Below, piece by piece: positions 31,043-40,597 of a DNA stretch of 64,000 bases. The DNA is from a virus (taxonomy: Duplodnaviria; Caudoviricetes): the IMG/VR virus record IMGVR_UViG_3300042673_001351, positions 1 to 64,000 of that record; one strand, given 5' to 3'. The first letter of the stretch is position 1; the number at the start of each line of letters is the position of its first letter. The notes under the pieces were generated by a model. The model searched no databases. It was given only the letters and a program-made list of their open reading frames with translations, and was not told the origin of the DNA. Position numbers and translations under genes: made by a program.

Positions 31043-32635
31043 TTATTTAATTAATGTTCCAACTACAACAACTTCAGTGTTATTGTTTGCTGGTGTTACT
31101 CGAATTCTTACATCTGAGCCAGAATAATCTGCAGTTATTGCAGCTAACTCTGTTCCGTTTGAATATGTAATTCCATATTCAGAAACTGCTACGTTGTTAG
31201 AAGTATCAAGTGTAACTACTAAGTCTGATACCTGGGTGTGGCTACCATTTTTTGCTTTAATTACAAGCTTAGCGCTTCGGTAATCTTCTGCTGCCCATGA
31301 GATAGCAGTTGTTGCTGCAGCGGTTACAATATTTCCAGTTGTTGCTGCAACTTGCTTGGCAACAGAGTTGTAATTAATTGCTGTAAATGATGTAGTTCCG
31401 TTTTGCTGTGCTGTATTAGCTGCTGCTGCTGTGGCTTCTGCTGCTGCTTGAGCTGCGTTAGCCTTTGATGTTGCATCTGCTGATGCTGTTGAGATAGCGG
31501 CTGCTTGGGCTGCGTTGGCCTTTGATGTTGCATCTGCTGCTGCTGTTGCTTCTGCTGCAGATTGGGCTGCGTTGGCCTTTGATGTTGCGTCTGATGCTGC
31601 TGCTGATTGGGCTGCGTTGGCCTTTGATGTTGCATCTGCTGCTGCTGTGGCTTCTGCTGCTGCTTGAGCTGCGTTGGCCTTTGATGTTGCATCTGATGCT
31701 GCTGCAGATTGGGCTGCGTCTGCTTCGCCCTTAGCAAATGCTGTGGTTGCAATCTGAGTTGTGTTAGTATCTGCTGCTGCTGTAGGAGCTGTTGGAACTC
31801 CAGTAAGATCTGGAGAAGCAAGCGGTGCCTTTGTTCCCAAAGCTGTTGTAATAGTTGTTGTGTAATTAGCGTCATCATTAATTGCTGCTGCTAATTCATT
31901 TAATGTATTAAGAAGTGCTGGTGCACCATCTACTAATGAATCTACTGCAGTTGAAATTGCTGTATTACGGTTTGAAACCTCTGTTGAGATTGCAGTTGAA
32001 AGTGCTGATGCTGCAGTGGCTTCTGCTGCTGCTTGAGCTGCGTTGGCTTTAGTTGTAGCATCTGTTGCTGCTGCTGTAGTTGCTGCAGACTGTGCTGCGT
32101 TAGCCTTTGATGTTGCATCTGCTGATGCTGTTGCTTCTGCTGCTGCTTGAGCTGCGTTAGCCTTTGATGTTGCATCTGCTGATGCTGTTGAGATAGCGGC
32201 TGCTTGGGCGGCATCTGCCTTAGTGGTTGCATCTGCTGATGCGGTTGCTACTGAGGCTGCGTCGCCTGATACTCTAAGTGCTGCTTCTGCTGCTACTTTT
32301 GTTGTAGCGTCTGTTCCTGCTGCTGTAATTGCTGCTGACTGTGCTGCGTTAGCCTTTGATGTTGCATCTGCTGATGCTGTTGCTTCTGCTGCTGACTGTG
32401 CTGCGGCTGCTGCGCCTGATGTATCAAATACGCCAGATTTAATATTAAGCTCTCCAGCAATAACTTCCATCTGTGTTGATTCAACAGAGTTTATAAGATT
32501 GGTTCCACCAACAAGATTGAGAATGTAAGCATCTCCGCCTGTTTCTGTAAGTATGTTTTGGCCATTGATTGTTCCTGTTGATCCTTCAACTACAAGGCCT
32601 TGTTTGATTCTAAAGTTTTTTACTACCGTTGCCAT
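31043..32635 (-). CDS. Ala-rich repeat fibre protein
   Basis: Many ADATSKANAAQ repeats; APALLNTLNELAAA module; C-terminal beta domain YRSAKLVI..VSEYG. Confidence 0.75.
   Translation of the reverse strand: MATVVKNFRIKQGLVVEGSTGTINGQNILTETGGDAYILNLVGGTNLINSVESTQMEVIAGELNIKSGVFDTSGAAAAAQSAAEATASADATSKANAAQSAAITAAGTDATTKVAAEAALRVSGDAASVATASADATTKADAAQAAAISTASADATSKANAAQAAAEATASADATSKANAAQSAATTAAATDATTKANAAQAAAEATAASALSTAISTEVSNRNTAISTAVDSLVDGAPALLNTLNELAAAINDDANYTTTITTALGTKAPLASPDLTGVPTAPTAAADTNTTQIATTAFAKGEADAAQSAAASDATSKANAAQAAAEATAAADATSKANAAQSAAASDATSKANAAQSAAEATAAADATSKANAAQAAAISTASADATSKANAAQAAAEATAAAANTAQQNGTTSFTAINYNSVAKQVAATTGNIVTAAATTAISWAAEDYRSAKLVIKAKNGSHTQVSDLVVTLDTSNNVAVSEYGITYSNGTELAAITADYSGSDVRIRVTPANNNTEVVVVGTLIK
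31420..32420 (-). repeat. Coding repeats (ADATSKANAAQ) in fibre gene
   Basis: Recurrent GCCTTTGATGTTGCATCTG units in two blocks. Confidence 0.85.
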
Positions 32636-32651
32636 TTTATCTCCTGCCGTC

Positions 32652-33209
32652 TTAAGACTTTAAAGACGTTCTGTAATATCTAGCGGTTACAGATCCACTT
32701 ATTGGTGCTACGTTTAAACTTATTATACCTGAATTTTCTTCAAAAGTAACATTAGCAAGAGTACTGCTTGTGTTAGATATAATATTTGATTCTACTACAT
32801 TTAAATTTGTTCCATCGTTTAATAATAAAATATCTGATGTTGCGTATTCGCTTCCTTTTGAAATCTGAAGCTTGTATGAAACTGTCCTGTATGCTGTTTT
32901 TGAAAACTCATCTACTTTTGTTTTGTTTTCAATTCCCGCAATTGTAAGGTCATTGTTTCCTTCTAGGCCTAAAAGAACTTCTGCCACTGAGGTTGAGTTT
33001 TCAATGTCTTGCAATTGAGCAATTACATCTGCTACCTTATAGTCTAAAGAGTTTACATCTTGAGAGCCATTGACTCCAACTTTTGCTTGTAATGCCTCTA
33101 TCGCATCATTAGCGTTAGTATGTTGTTGCGAGTGAGATGGACTAGATAACGCATCCGTTGAGTTTGGATTTGTTAATGAGTCTATCGAACTTGGAAAATT
33201 TGTTGCCAT
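32652..33209 (-). CDS. Virion structural protein
   Basis: MATNFPSSID..HSQQHTNANDAIEALQAKVG fibre-type N-terminus; C-terminal domain similar to that of 31043..32635. Confidence 0.65.
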   Translation of the reverse strand: MATNFPSSIDSLTNPNSTDALSSPSHSQQHTNANDAIEALQAKVGVNGSQDVNSLDYKVADVIAQLQDIENSTSVAEVLLGLEGNNDLTIAGIENKTKVDEFSKTAYRTVSYKLQISKGSEYATSDILLLNDGTNLNVVESNIISNTSSTLANVTFEENSGIISLNVAPISGSVTARYYRTSLKS

Positions 33210-33275
33210 TGTTTTATTGCTCCAAAATTATGACTTGTAGGTATATTATATCCTATTTATTGTTATAGGACACAC

Positions 33276-34304
33276 CTATTTTTTTATTAAATTTTGCCAT
33301 TCTGTATACATTACTATAAGCTTTTCTGAAAAATCCTCTTCTGATGAATTGATTGCATTTGGGTCTAGTGCTGCGTTGTAGGAATCATGGACTAAGGCGT
33401 TATCTGTAAAAAATACATCATATGGCTCTACGTTTATAGAAACTACTAGCTCTGTAGAGTTTATTGGCATCCACTGAGTGACTGGGTTCCAGTCTTGTGT
33501 CATTGGAGAAAATATGAAATCTGCTAATGTAACATCAGTAACATTTTTAAATTTTATTCCTTCATTATTTTTAATCAGAACCCAGTGCGCTTTAGAATAT
33601 TTGTTTTCATTGATAACAATAGCCCCATCTGTAATTCTTGCAGCCATTGCAACTACGGTAGTTTCTATGTCTGTATCTATTAATGTGTCTTGTGTTGACC
33701 AATTTTGTATGTAATTTGCAATTTGATCATTAGATGTATCAATTCCTTCAATTGCAGCAGAATAAAGTACGTCTCCAACTTTTAAGTTATATGCCAATAT
33801 TAATCCTTGTGGATTTTTACTTTTAACTAAAGTAGCTGCTCCTAAAGATTTACCTCCCTCGCCTGGGGTGGGTGCAAATGAAAAACCTGTAAAATTATAT
33901 GTTGTAAAATCATATGGAGGCACTACAACTGGTGTAAATGAAAATGGATTCAATTCTTCCCAGGTAAAGCCATATGGCGGGGGATCAACTGGAGGATCTG
34001 GTGGTGCGGTAAATGAAAATGGTGTAAAGCCAAATGGAGTAAAGCTAAAAGATCCATATGTGTATTCTATTTGAGTTCCTACGGGAACAACTGAATTTTC
34101 TGCAATAGACTGATCAATTATTTTTCCACCCAAAGATTCATTTGAAGTTCCTGTGTTATTTTCTATAACAGATAATCCTAAACTATTTAATAATGATAAG
34201 GCTTCTGACCTAACCATTCCAACAGTATTTGGAATAGATACCCTTTTTTTAATTTTTGAAGATCTAAAGCGTCTCACGCCTTTAGGTCTCCTAAAACTAC
34301 CCAA
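33276..34304 (-). CDS. PASTA domain + Phe/Thr/Pro repeats + Hint autoprocessing domain protein
   Basis: IPNTVGM..A..LL..LGL...GKIIDQS...VPVGTQI PASTA pattern; FSFTPFGFTPFSFT; Hint from K|SLGAATLV through SKAH to ALVHD|S. Confidence 0.78.
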   Translation of the reverse strand: MGSFRRPKGVRRFRSSKIKKRVSIPNTVGMVRSEALSLLNSLGLSVIENNTGTSNESLGGKIIDQSIAENSVVPVGTQIEYTYGSFSFTPFGFTPFSFTAPPDPPVDPPPYGFTWEELNPFSFTPVVVPPYDFTTYNFTGFSFAPTPGEGGKSLGAATLVKSKNPQGLILAYNLKVGDVLYSAAIEGIDTSNDQIANYIQNWSTQDTLIDTDIETTVVAMAARITDGAIVINENKYSKAHWVLIKNNEGIKFKNVTDVTLADFIFSPMTQDWNPVTQWMPINSTELVVSINVEPYDVFFTDNALVHDSYNAALDPNAINSSEEDFSEKLIVMYTEWQNLIKK

Positions 34305-35635
34305 GAATTTGCTGATCTTTTAATTAAACTTGCGCTTGACCATTGAGATCTTAATTTTAAACCTGGTGTTGCATTTGGGGTAAATCCGTCTCCAGCAATA
34401 GTAACTTGATTTGATGTAGTTTGTAATACTTCAATATATGTTCCAATAGGGAAATTATAGGTAGAGTCGTTTGGTATTGTCAAAGTGCTAACTTCTGTCA
34501 TCTCTATCATTTTGTTTGCATCTGAACCTTGTAGTGTGTATGAAGAAGATTGAGAATTTGTTACAATTAAAAACTTTTCTATATCTGAGGTGTTATCCAC
34601 GTTTCCAAGCCCAACCATTGTTTTTGTAATGCCTGATACGGTGCCTGTAAATGTTGGTGAGGCTAATGGAGCTTTAAGATTAAGAGCGTTTAATGTGTCT
34701 GTTGATATTGGTTTAAGAGCGTCTGTTGTATTATCAGCATTTCCTAAGCCTACCATATCTTTAGTAATACCCGAAACCGTTCCAGTAAATGTTGGTGAGG
34801 CTAATGGAGCTTTTGCTGTTAATTCTGTGGTTATTGTTGCTGCGTACGATGCGTCGTCATTAATTGCTGCGGCTATTTCATTTAAAGTATTTAAAGCACC
34901 TGGTGCTGCATCTATTAAGTTTGAAATTGCAGTTCCAACGTATGTTTCAGTTGCATATCCAGTTAAATTTGGAATGGTTGGTTTGCCAGAAAGATCATCA
35001 TATGCTCCGCTAAACAAAGAAGGCTTACCAGTTAAATCTACATAAGAGCCGCTAAACAAAGAGGGCTTGTTAGTTAAATCGTTATAAGATCCACCAAATA
35101 GTGTTGGCTTATCAGTTAGGTCAATATAAGATCCGCTAAACAGTGTTGGTTTATCGGTTAAATTATTATAAGACCCAGGAAATAAAACAGGCTTGTTGCT
35201 TAAATCATTATAGCTAGTAGGAACTTGTGATAGCAACGCTATTGTTCCTGATGCGCTGGGAAGATTTACTGTTATGTCTGAGGCTACGTCTGGGGATTGT
35301 AGTGTTAATTCATAATCGTTTGCAGTAGAGCCTTCTATAATAATTTTGTCTTTTGGAATTAGTAGGTTTCCGTCAATATCTAATTTTGCTGGGCCTCCTG
35401 CATTTCCAACATCTCCAACTTCCACATATGAAGACAAGGTGTTTTCTAAATCTTGAGTGGTAAGAGAGCTGTAGTATGAAGTGCTACTCCAACTAGATCC
35501 GTTTCCAATTTTAAATTTATTTAAATCTGAGGATATAGCAATTTCTCCAGCAAGCAATATTGGATTATCTCTAACCCAGTCAGACTCTATGTCTCTTCTT
35601 AATTGAATTCTAACTACCACTTGAGCTTCCTCCAT
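34274..35635 (-). CDS. Fibre protein with Mtd-N-like N-terminus and 14-aa repeats
   Basis: RIQLRRD..W...NPILLAGE; FSGSYxDLTxKPxL repeats; C-terminal TPGLKLR..WVVLGDL. Confidence 0.78.
   Translation of the reverse strand: MEEAQVVVRIQLRRDIESDWVRDNPILLAGEIAISSDLNKFKIGNGSSWSSTSYYSSLTTQDLENTLSSYVEVGDVGNAGGPAKLDIDGNLLIPKDKIIIEGSTANDYELTLQSPDVASDITVNLPSASGTIALLSQVPTSYNDLSNKPVLFPGSYNNLTDKPTLFSGSYIDLTDKPTLFGGSYNDLTNKPSLFSGSYVDLTGKPSLFSGAYDDLSGKPTIPNLTGYATETYVGTAISNLIDAAPGALNTLNEIAAAINDDASYAATITTELTAKAPLASPTFTGTVSGITKDMVGLGNADNTTDALKPISTDTLNALNLKAPLASPTFTGTVSGITKTMVGLGNVDNTSDIEKFLIVTNSQSSSYTLQGSDANKMIEMTEVSTLTIPNDSTYNFPIGTYIEVLQTTSNQVTIAGDGFTPNATPGLKLRSQWSSASLIKRSANSWVVLGDLKA
34975..35220 (-). repeat. 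About six 42-bp coding repeats (FSGSYNDLTDKPTL)
   Basis: Seen in the translation. Confidence 0.8.
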
Positions 35636-36074
35636 TTATTATTAATGTATACTCATTAATAGAATCTCCACCGTTAAGAATTACACTATCTGATTCAGGG
35701 GAATACAGAGAATCTGAAAACCCTCCAGGAAGCAAAGACAGTCTTTCAAAACTAGGTGCGTCTACTATATCACTTGGGCCGCCACCATCAATACCTACAA
35801 CAACTGGAATACTTTCTGAAACACTTTGTGTAGTATTAACATCTTTAAATGTAATTGGATTTTCTACATCTATTGTGTGTACTGCTCCATCGTATGCGTG
35901 TGTATGCATATAAAATGGGGTTGGATCATCGCTTTGTGGGGTAATGTCTACCCAAAAATCTCCATTATATATTCTAATATTTTTTGTTAAAATATTAAAG
36001 TATACGTCACCCTCTAAAGCTGTAGATGGATTTTCTGCCAGCGTTAGAAGGTTTAATAAAGACTTAAGTTTCAT
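35610..36074 (-). CDS. Virion structural protein
   Basis: NPSTALEGDVYFN..IRIYNGDFW fibre motif; D/NGG motifs. Confidence 0.6.
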   Translation of the reverse strand: MKLKSLLNLLTLAENPSTALEGDVYFNILTKNIRIYNGDFWVDITPQSDDPTPFYMHTHAYDGAVHTIDVENPITFKDVNTTQSVSESIPVVVGIDGGGPSDIVDAPSFERLSLLPGGFSDSLYSPESDSVILNGGDSINEYTLIINGGSSSGS

Positions 36075-36081
36075 TTTTTAT

Positions 36082-37449
36082 TTAGCCTATTACTACTACT
36101 TTGTATTCTCCTGATGCAGGTGCTACTGCAAATTTAATAGTTACGGCAGATGCAGATGTTAATTCTACGTCTGTCTCAACTTTAGCATATGGAGAAGCTG
36201 CTTGCGAAACCTGTACTAAAACATCAGTTGAACCCAAGTTATGAGTAACTGTGTATGATGTTGCTACTGAGTTTAATGTCTCGACATACTTTCTAGTTAT
36301 TGCATGATAGTTAGTTCCATCATTTGTAACTGTCCATTTATCTGAGGACTCGTTCCATAGAATTTCAACATCTGTTTCGCTGCCTCGCTCTACACGAATT
36401 CCAGCGTCTGCTACTGGTGCTCCAGTAAAGTCAGTATTAAGATTAATCTTATTATCAACAATGTTTACCTGGGTCGTATTTACAGAGTTAACTGTTCCTG
36501 TAACATTTAAGTTGCCACCCACAAGAAGATTGCCAGTAATTGTTACGTCATCTGGAAGCCCAATTGTTACTGCTGAATTTTCTGATCCTGAACCAGAAAC
36601 TGTAATTTCATTTGCTGTTCCAGCAATTGTTGCAATATAGTTACCAGTTGTTTGTGTTGCAAGATTAACATTTTTAATACTTACTGCGCCATCTGTGACG
36701 GTAAAGTCTGCGTCTGCAAATGAAGCAACACCACGATTTGTAGTTGTTGCAATTTCTGCATCTACTGTTAGGGTTCCTGCTGTATCATCGTATGATACAT
36801 CAATGCCTTCTCCAGCAACAATTTGTGAAGAAACAATATCTTGTACACGCTCAGCATTTAATGTTACTGCGCCTGCTGCTACGGTAAAGTCTATGGCATC
36901 AAAACTTGCAACACCTTTATTAGATGAAGTTGCGTCTTCTGCTGATACTGTAATTGTGTTGTTTGTTACGGCAACGTCAATTCCTTCTCCACCTGCAACG
37001 GTTAATGTATCGGTTAATAAATCAACTGTGTCTGTTCCAGTGTCTCCAGCAATTGAAAGATTAGTTGCTACGTTTACTGTTCCTGCTGCAGTCAAACGAC
37101 CTTGTGCGTCTACTGTAAATGTAGGAATTGCTGTTGTAGATCCGTATGATCCAGCTGTTACTGATGTGTCATCTAAATCAATTACTGTTGTTCCTGTTGA
37201 GTCTGTATACGTTGCGGTTAAGCCAGTGCCACCAGAAACGTATGCACCAATAGCATCTTGAATTACTTCTAGGGAGCCAGATGTTGGGATCCAGGTTGTT
37301 CCGTCATAAAAGTATACAATTTTATCTACTGTGTTAAAATATATTTGACCTTCTACTGGGCTTGAAGGCGCAGTACTAAGGTTTTGAATTCGAGCATTTT
37401 GTAATTCATTTTTGTTAAGGTCTAAGCTAACTAAAAATTTTCTTGCCAT
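36082..37449 (-). CDS. Fibre / virion structural protein
   Basis: APSSPVEGQIYFNT, VTAGSYG..IPTFTVDAQGRLTAA, AGIRVERG, VTHNLG motifs. Confidence 0.7.
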   Translation of the reverse strand: MARKFLVSLDLNKNELQNARIQNLSTAPSSPVEGQIYFNTVDKIVYFYDGTTWIPTSGSLEVIQDAIGAYVSGGTGLTATYTDSTGTTVIDLDDTSVTAGSYGSTTAIPTFTVDAQGRLTAAGTVNVATNLSIAGDTGTDTVDLLTDTLTVAGGEGIDVAVTNNTITVSAEDATSSNKGVASFDAIDFTVAAGAVTLNAERVQDIVSSQIVAGEGIDVSYDDTAGTLTVDAEIATTTNRGVASFADADFTVTDGAVSIKNVNLATQTTGNYIATIAGTANEITVSGSGSENSAVTIGLPDDVTITGNLLVGGNLNVTGTVNSVNTTQVNIVDNKINLNTDFTGAPVADAGIRVERGSETDVEILWNESSDKWTVTNDGTNYHAITRKYVETLNSVATSYTVTHNLGSTDVLVQVSQAASPYAKVETDVELTSASAVTIKFAVAPASGEYKVVVIG

Positions 37450-37461
37450 TTTGTTTCTCCT

Positions 37462-37917
37462 TTATGACAGGTATGCTGTCCCTGAAAATGGTTGAGCCAT
37501 TGTCAGCCTTATTCTATCTATATCTAAATAGTCCAGTCCAGTTTCAACTGTTTCTCCAGAGCTATCTTTTGTTGTTACATTTGGGAAAAATCCAAGATTA
37601 TGTGTTAGGGTTACTGAATATACACCATCGGTTGGTCCAACAACTTGAGCAATTTCCCATGAAGATGAGTATGAATACTCTGAGCCTTCTTGAATAAATT
37701 TAATAACAGTTGCTCCAGACCAACTTAAATCTGTAATCTTTGGTCCGTAGAAATCTGTTGTAACTGTGTTGTAATAAAAATCTCCAGTAACCCCTAGGTT
37801 ATTTGATGGTGCAGAGACTCCATTTAATATAGTTCTTCCAGCAGGGCCTTGTGGTCCTGGTGATTTTATAATTACTTTATTTTTTACTTCTTTTACTATT
37901 ACTTTTTCTGCTGACAT
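37462..37917 (-). CDS. Virion structural protein (short collagen-like motif)
   Basis: GPQGPAG, GVTGDFYYNT..YGPK, THNLGFFP. Confidence 0.6.
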   Translation of the reverse strand: MSAEKVIVKEVKNKVIIKSPGPQGPAGRTILNGVSAPSNNLGVTGDFYYNTVTTDFYGPKITDLSWSGATVIKFIQEGSEYSYSSSWEIAQVVGPTDGVYSVTLTHNLGFFPNVTTKDSSGETVETGLDYLDIDRIRLTMAQPFSGTAYLS

Positions 37918-38267
37918 TATATAGTTACCGATCTGCTGAGAGTTAAAAACCCTTCGAGGAGTTTTATTTTATTCCCGTTAGAATCGACAACCATAACGTC
38001 ATAAGAAGATTTTGGATAAAAGAGTTTATTTGTCTGGGTAGGTGTCATTTTAATGGTTAGTGTTCCAGTTGCACCATTAATTGTTATACCACCAGAGGGT
38101 GATGTTAGTGTAAATGCTAGTTTGGATCCACCTTTAGTATCACGTACTTGCATCTTTGCAGTTGCATTTACTAAACTTATTGGTGTGACTTCGTCCTCTA
38201 AGGTGTATTGAACCTCAAAGGTAAAAGTAGCATTTTGATCTACTTCAAAATTCTTTTGTACTGCCAT
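37917..38267 (-). CDS. Virion structural protein (BppU-N-like beta sandwich)
   Basis: VDQNATF..TAKMQVR..YDVMV..LLEG pattern; GGAG RBS before ATG 38267. Confidence 0.6.
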   Translation of the reverse strand: MAVQKNFEVDQNATFTFEVQYTLEDEVTPISLVNATAKMQVRDTKGGSKLAFTLTSPSGGITINGATGTLTIKMTPTQTNKLFYPKSSYDVMVVDSNGNKIKLLEGFLTLSRSVTI

Positions 38268-38345
38268 TTTCAAAATCTCCTAAAATAGGAAAACTCCTAT
38301 GCTTATTTTAGCACAGGAGCTATCCTAATCGACTACTATTTTATT

Positions 38346-38540
38346 TTACTTTTTAAAGCCAAACTCTGTATTGCTTGGGCTTAGCGCCTTGAGAATAACT
38401 GGGGCAACTGCTGCAACTCCTGCTGCAATTAAATCCTTTGGATTTGTATTTCCAGTCATGTATAAAGCTGTAGCTGCTGCTAGGAATGCTCTTCCGTAAG
38501 TTCCTAGGGCTGCTAGTATTTGTTCTGTATAGCTATTCAT
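38346..38540 (-). CDS. Putative holin
   Basis: 64 aa with two hydrophobic segments and a basic C-terminus. Confidence 0.55.
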   Translation of the reverse strand: MNSYTEQILAALGTYGRAFLAAATALYMTGNTNPKDLIAAGVAAVAPVILKALSPSNTEFGFKK

Positions 38541-38579
38541 ATTATCTCCTTTTGGCTTTCGCCACTATATATTCTACCA

Positions 38580-40514
38580 CTATGCGGTTATATCTACAAT
38601 CTCACAGTTTCCGTCAGATGTGCATGCAAGGGTTTGATTTCCAGATGTTCCATCTTCCGTCTCGTAAAAAGAAAGATCAGCCCATCTAATTTCTTTAGGC
38701 ATTTTGCCCAAAAGATCTAAATATTCTTCTTTAGATATCTCTTGATATGGAGCCTGCTTGTATGTATGCTCTGACATCGGTAAAAATGAGATTCCAGAAA
38801 CATCGTCAAAATTCTTGTATACCCAAGCTCCTACTTCCATCCATTCGTCTTCTTTAACTGAAACGGTAATTGATGGCTTGTGCTCACACCAGGCACGTTG
38901 GTAAACTAACCAAATGTTTAAATGTTCAATAGCGGTTAGGTCATTTCTAACAATTGCACCTTCTGGTGCTTTTACTGGAAATGAAAATACGTAAGTTTCA
39001 TTTGGCTTCATTACGTCATCCTCTACTGGAATACCTACTTCTTTTAAGAAAGTAGAAATTGGATCTCCCTTGGAGCCACGAACTGTTCGAATATAGTATG
39101 GAGAATGCCATGCATGCATTCCTGAAGACACCCCGACCAATTGAGATACTGTTCCTGATGGTTTTACGCATGTAATAGCGGCAGACTCTGGAATCCCAAT
39201 TTTCCCAGCCTCATCTTTATTTTTTGCTCTTGCTGATTCTCTAAGTAAATTTAAAAATTCTTCCAAAGATTCCAAATTTTCTTTTCCAGACATAAACTTA
39301 TGCCCAAATTGTCCAGTAAGAGATACTCCTAATAGTCGCTCTTCTTCTGTGTTGTCCTTCCAAATTTTACGAAGGTATTTAAAGTCTGTAAGAGTTGACT
39401 GCCATGTTCCAAGAATGGTTGCCAACTCAACTTTGCGTTCAATATCTTTCTTTGTATCATTTTCACGTAATACGACTTCTGAAAGATTACAAAACTGATA
39501 AGGACGTAAAATAATCTCTGAGCAAGGGTTAGTTCCATAGTGTATATCTGGATCTCTTCTTCCATATTTGGCTGCTTGGGCTTGAGCTGCGGCCACATTG
39601 TATATACCTCGTTCTCCAGACTTTGAATCATATAAAGATTTCCATTCTGCTATAAATTGTTCCATTTGTGGTTTTCTAGAATACGCCACTGAGTTGTTAG
39701 AGAGTGCACGTTGTGAATTGTGCTCCCACCAATTTCCAGTTTTTGCTTGTGCCATTTCAATATCATTAATATTAGAAAGAGAAATCAATGCAGATCTGCG
39801 TACTCCGCCAACCACTACAATTTCACCTATTTTACACATAATGTCGTGTGCTTCAATTGGCTTGAATTGTCTACCTGCTGCATTTTTAAATTTAGCAATT
39901 GTAAAATCAAAAAGATTAACTAAAGGCTGTGGGCCAGAAGATCTTCCACCCATAGTTTTAAGCCTTGCGCCTGCGGGACGAAGTTTGCTTACATCAATTG
40001 ATGGAATCTGTCCAGTCCAAAGAAGTGCAAGTAATTCACGAAATGCTTTCGCCCAACCAGACTTAGAATCTTCAACAACAATTACCGTTGTAGATTTTTC
40101 AAAAGATTCTGGAATTATTGGAAGTTTATTTACGTATTTATATTCGACAGAAAACCCAACTCCAGTTCCACACATTAAAATGTACATTGTTTCGTCAAAT
40201 GAACGGGGATTATCTACTGGTACAAATGAACAATTGTATCCCGCAACATGATCTCTCTCTAGCGCTGGGCCAGCGGTCATTACGGATCTCATTGATGGCA
40301 TAACGTTTCTATCTAGCACCGCTTGTTTTAATTCTGTTATTAGTTTTGATGAAGGCTCATATGAATGCTCTTTAAATAAATGATCTAGCATAAAAGAAAA
40401 ATAACGATCTACTGTTTCGCTCCAAGTTTCTCTACGATTTTCTTCTGGCATCCAACGTGCATATCGAGACAATGCAATAAAGTTTTCGTACGGGTTTTCA
40501 ATAGATGTTGACAT
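38580..40514 (-). CDS. nrdJ: Ribonucleotide reductase class II (adenosylcobalamin-dependent)
   Basis: MPSMR, NCSF, GTGVGFS, GGVRRSA, TNPCSEI, CNL, VKPSGTVS motifs; C-terminal Cys pair. Confidence 0.93.
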   Translation of the reverse strand: MSTSIENPYENFIALSRYARWMPEENRRETWSETVDRYFSFMLDHLFKEHSYEPSSKLITELKQAVLDRNVMPSMRSVMTAGPALERDHVAGYNCSFVPVDNPRSFDETMYILMCGTGVGFSVEYKYVNKLPIIPESFEKSTTVIVVEDSKSGWAKAFRELLALLWTGQIPSIDVSKLRPAGARLKTMGGRSSGPQPLVNLFDFTIAKFKNAAGRQFKPIEAHDIMCKIGEIVVVGGVRRSALISLSNINDIEMAQAKTGNWWEHNSQRALSNNSVAYSRKPQMEQFIAEWKSLYDSKSGERGIYNVAAAQAQAAKYGRRDPDIHYGTNPCSEIILRPYQFCNLSEVVLRENDTKKDIERKVELATILGTWQSTLTDFKYLRKIWKDNTEEERLLGVSLTGQFGHKFMSGKENLESLEEFLNLLRESARAKNKDEAGKIGIPESAAITCVKPSGTVSQLVGVSSGMHAWHSPYYIRTVRGSKGDPISTFLKEVGIPVEDDVMKPNETYVFSFPVKAPEGAIVRNDLTAIEHLNIWLVYQRAWCEHKPSITVSVKEDEWMEVGAWVYKNFDDVSGISFLPMSEHTYKQAPYQEISKEEYLDLLGKMPKEIRWADLSFYETEDGTSGNQTLACTSDGNCEIVDITA

Positions 40515-40597
40515 ATAGACCTTTTCTTCCGCCTGCGGATTAATTAAATTTTTTGATGAAGTCTAAGTGTATCAAACTTTTATTAAGGGGTCTAGCC

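Noticed and set aside
31324-32484. Poly-Gln ORFs and opposite-strand poly-Leu or poly-Cys ORFs
   Set aside because: Alternate-frame shadows of the GCA-rich Ala-repeat fibre gene.
28393-35635. Diversity-generating retroelement suggested by Mtd-like N-termini
   Set aside because: No reverse transcriptase and no TR/VR pair differing at adenines was seen; the Mtd-N domain is a common fibre anchor.
474-40303. Numerous + strand ORFs in the track over the left arm
   Set aside because: They are antisense to well-supported minus-strand genes and lack RBSs or recognisable motifs.
38580-40514. Intein or intron in nrdJ
   Set aside because: 644 aa of continuous core motifs with no insertion evident.
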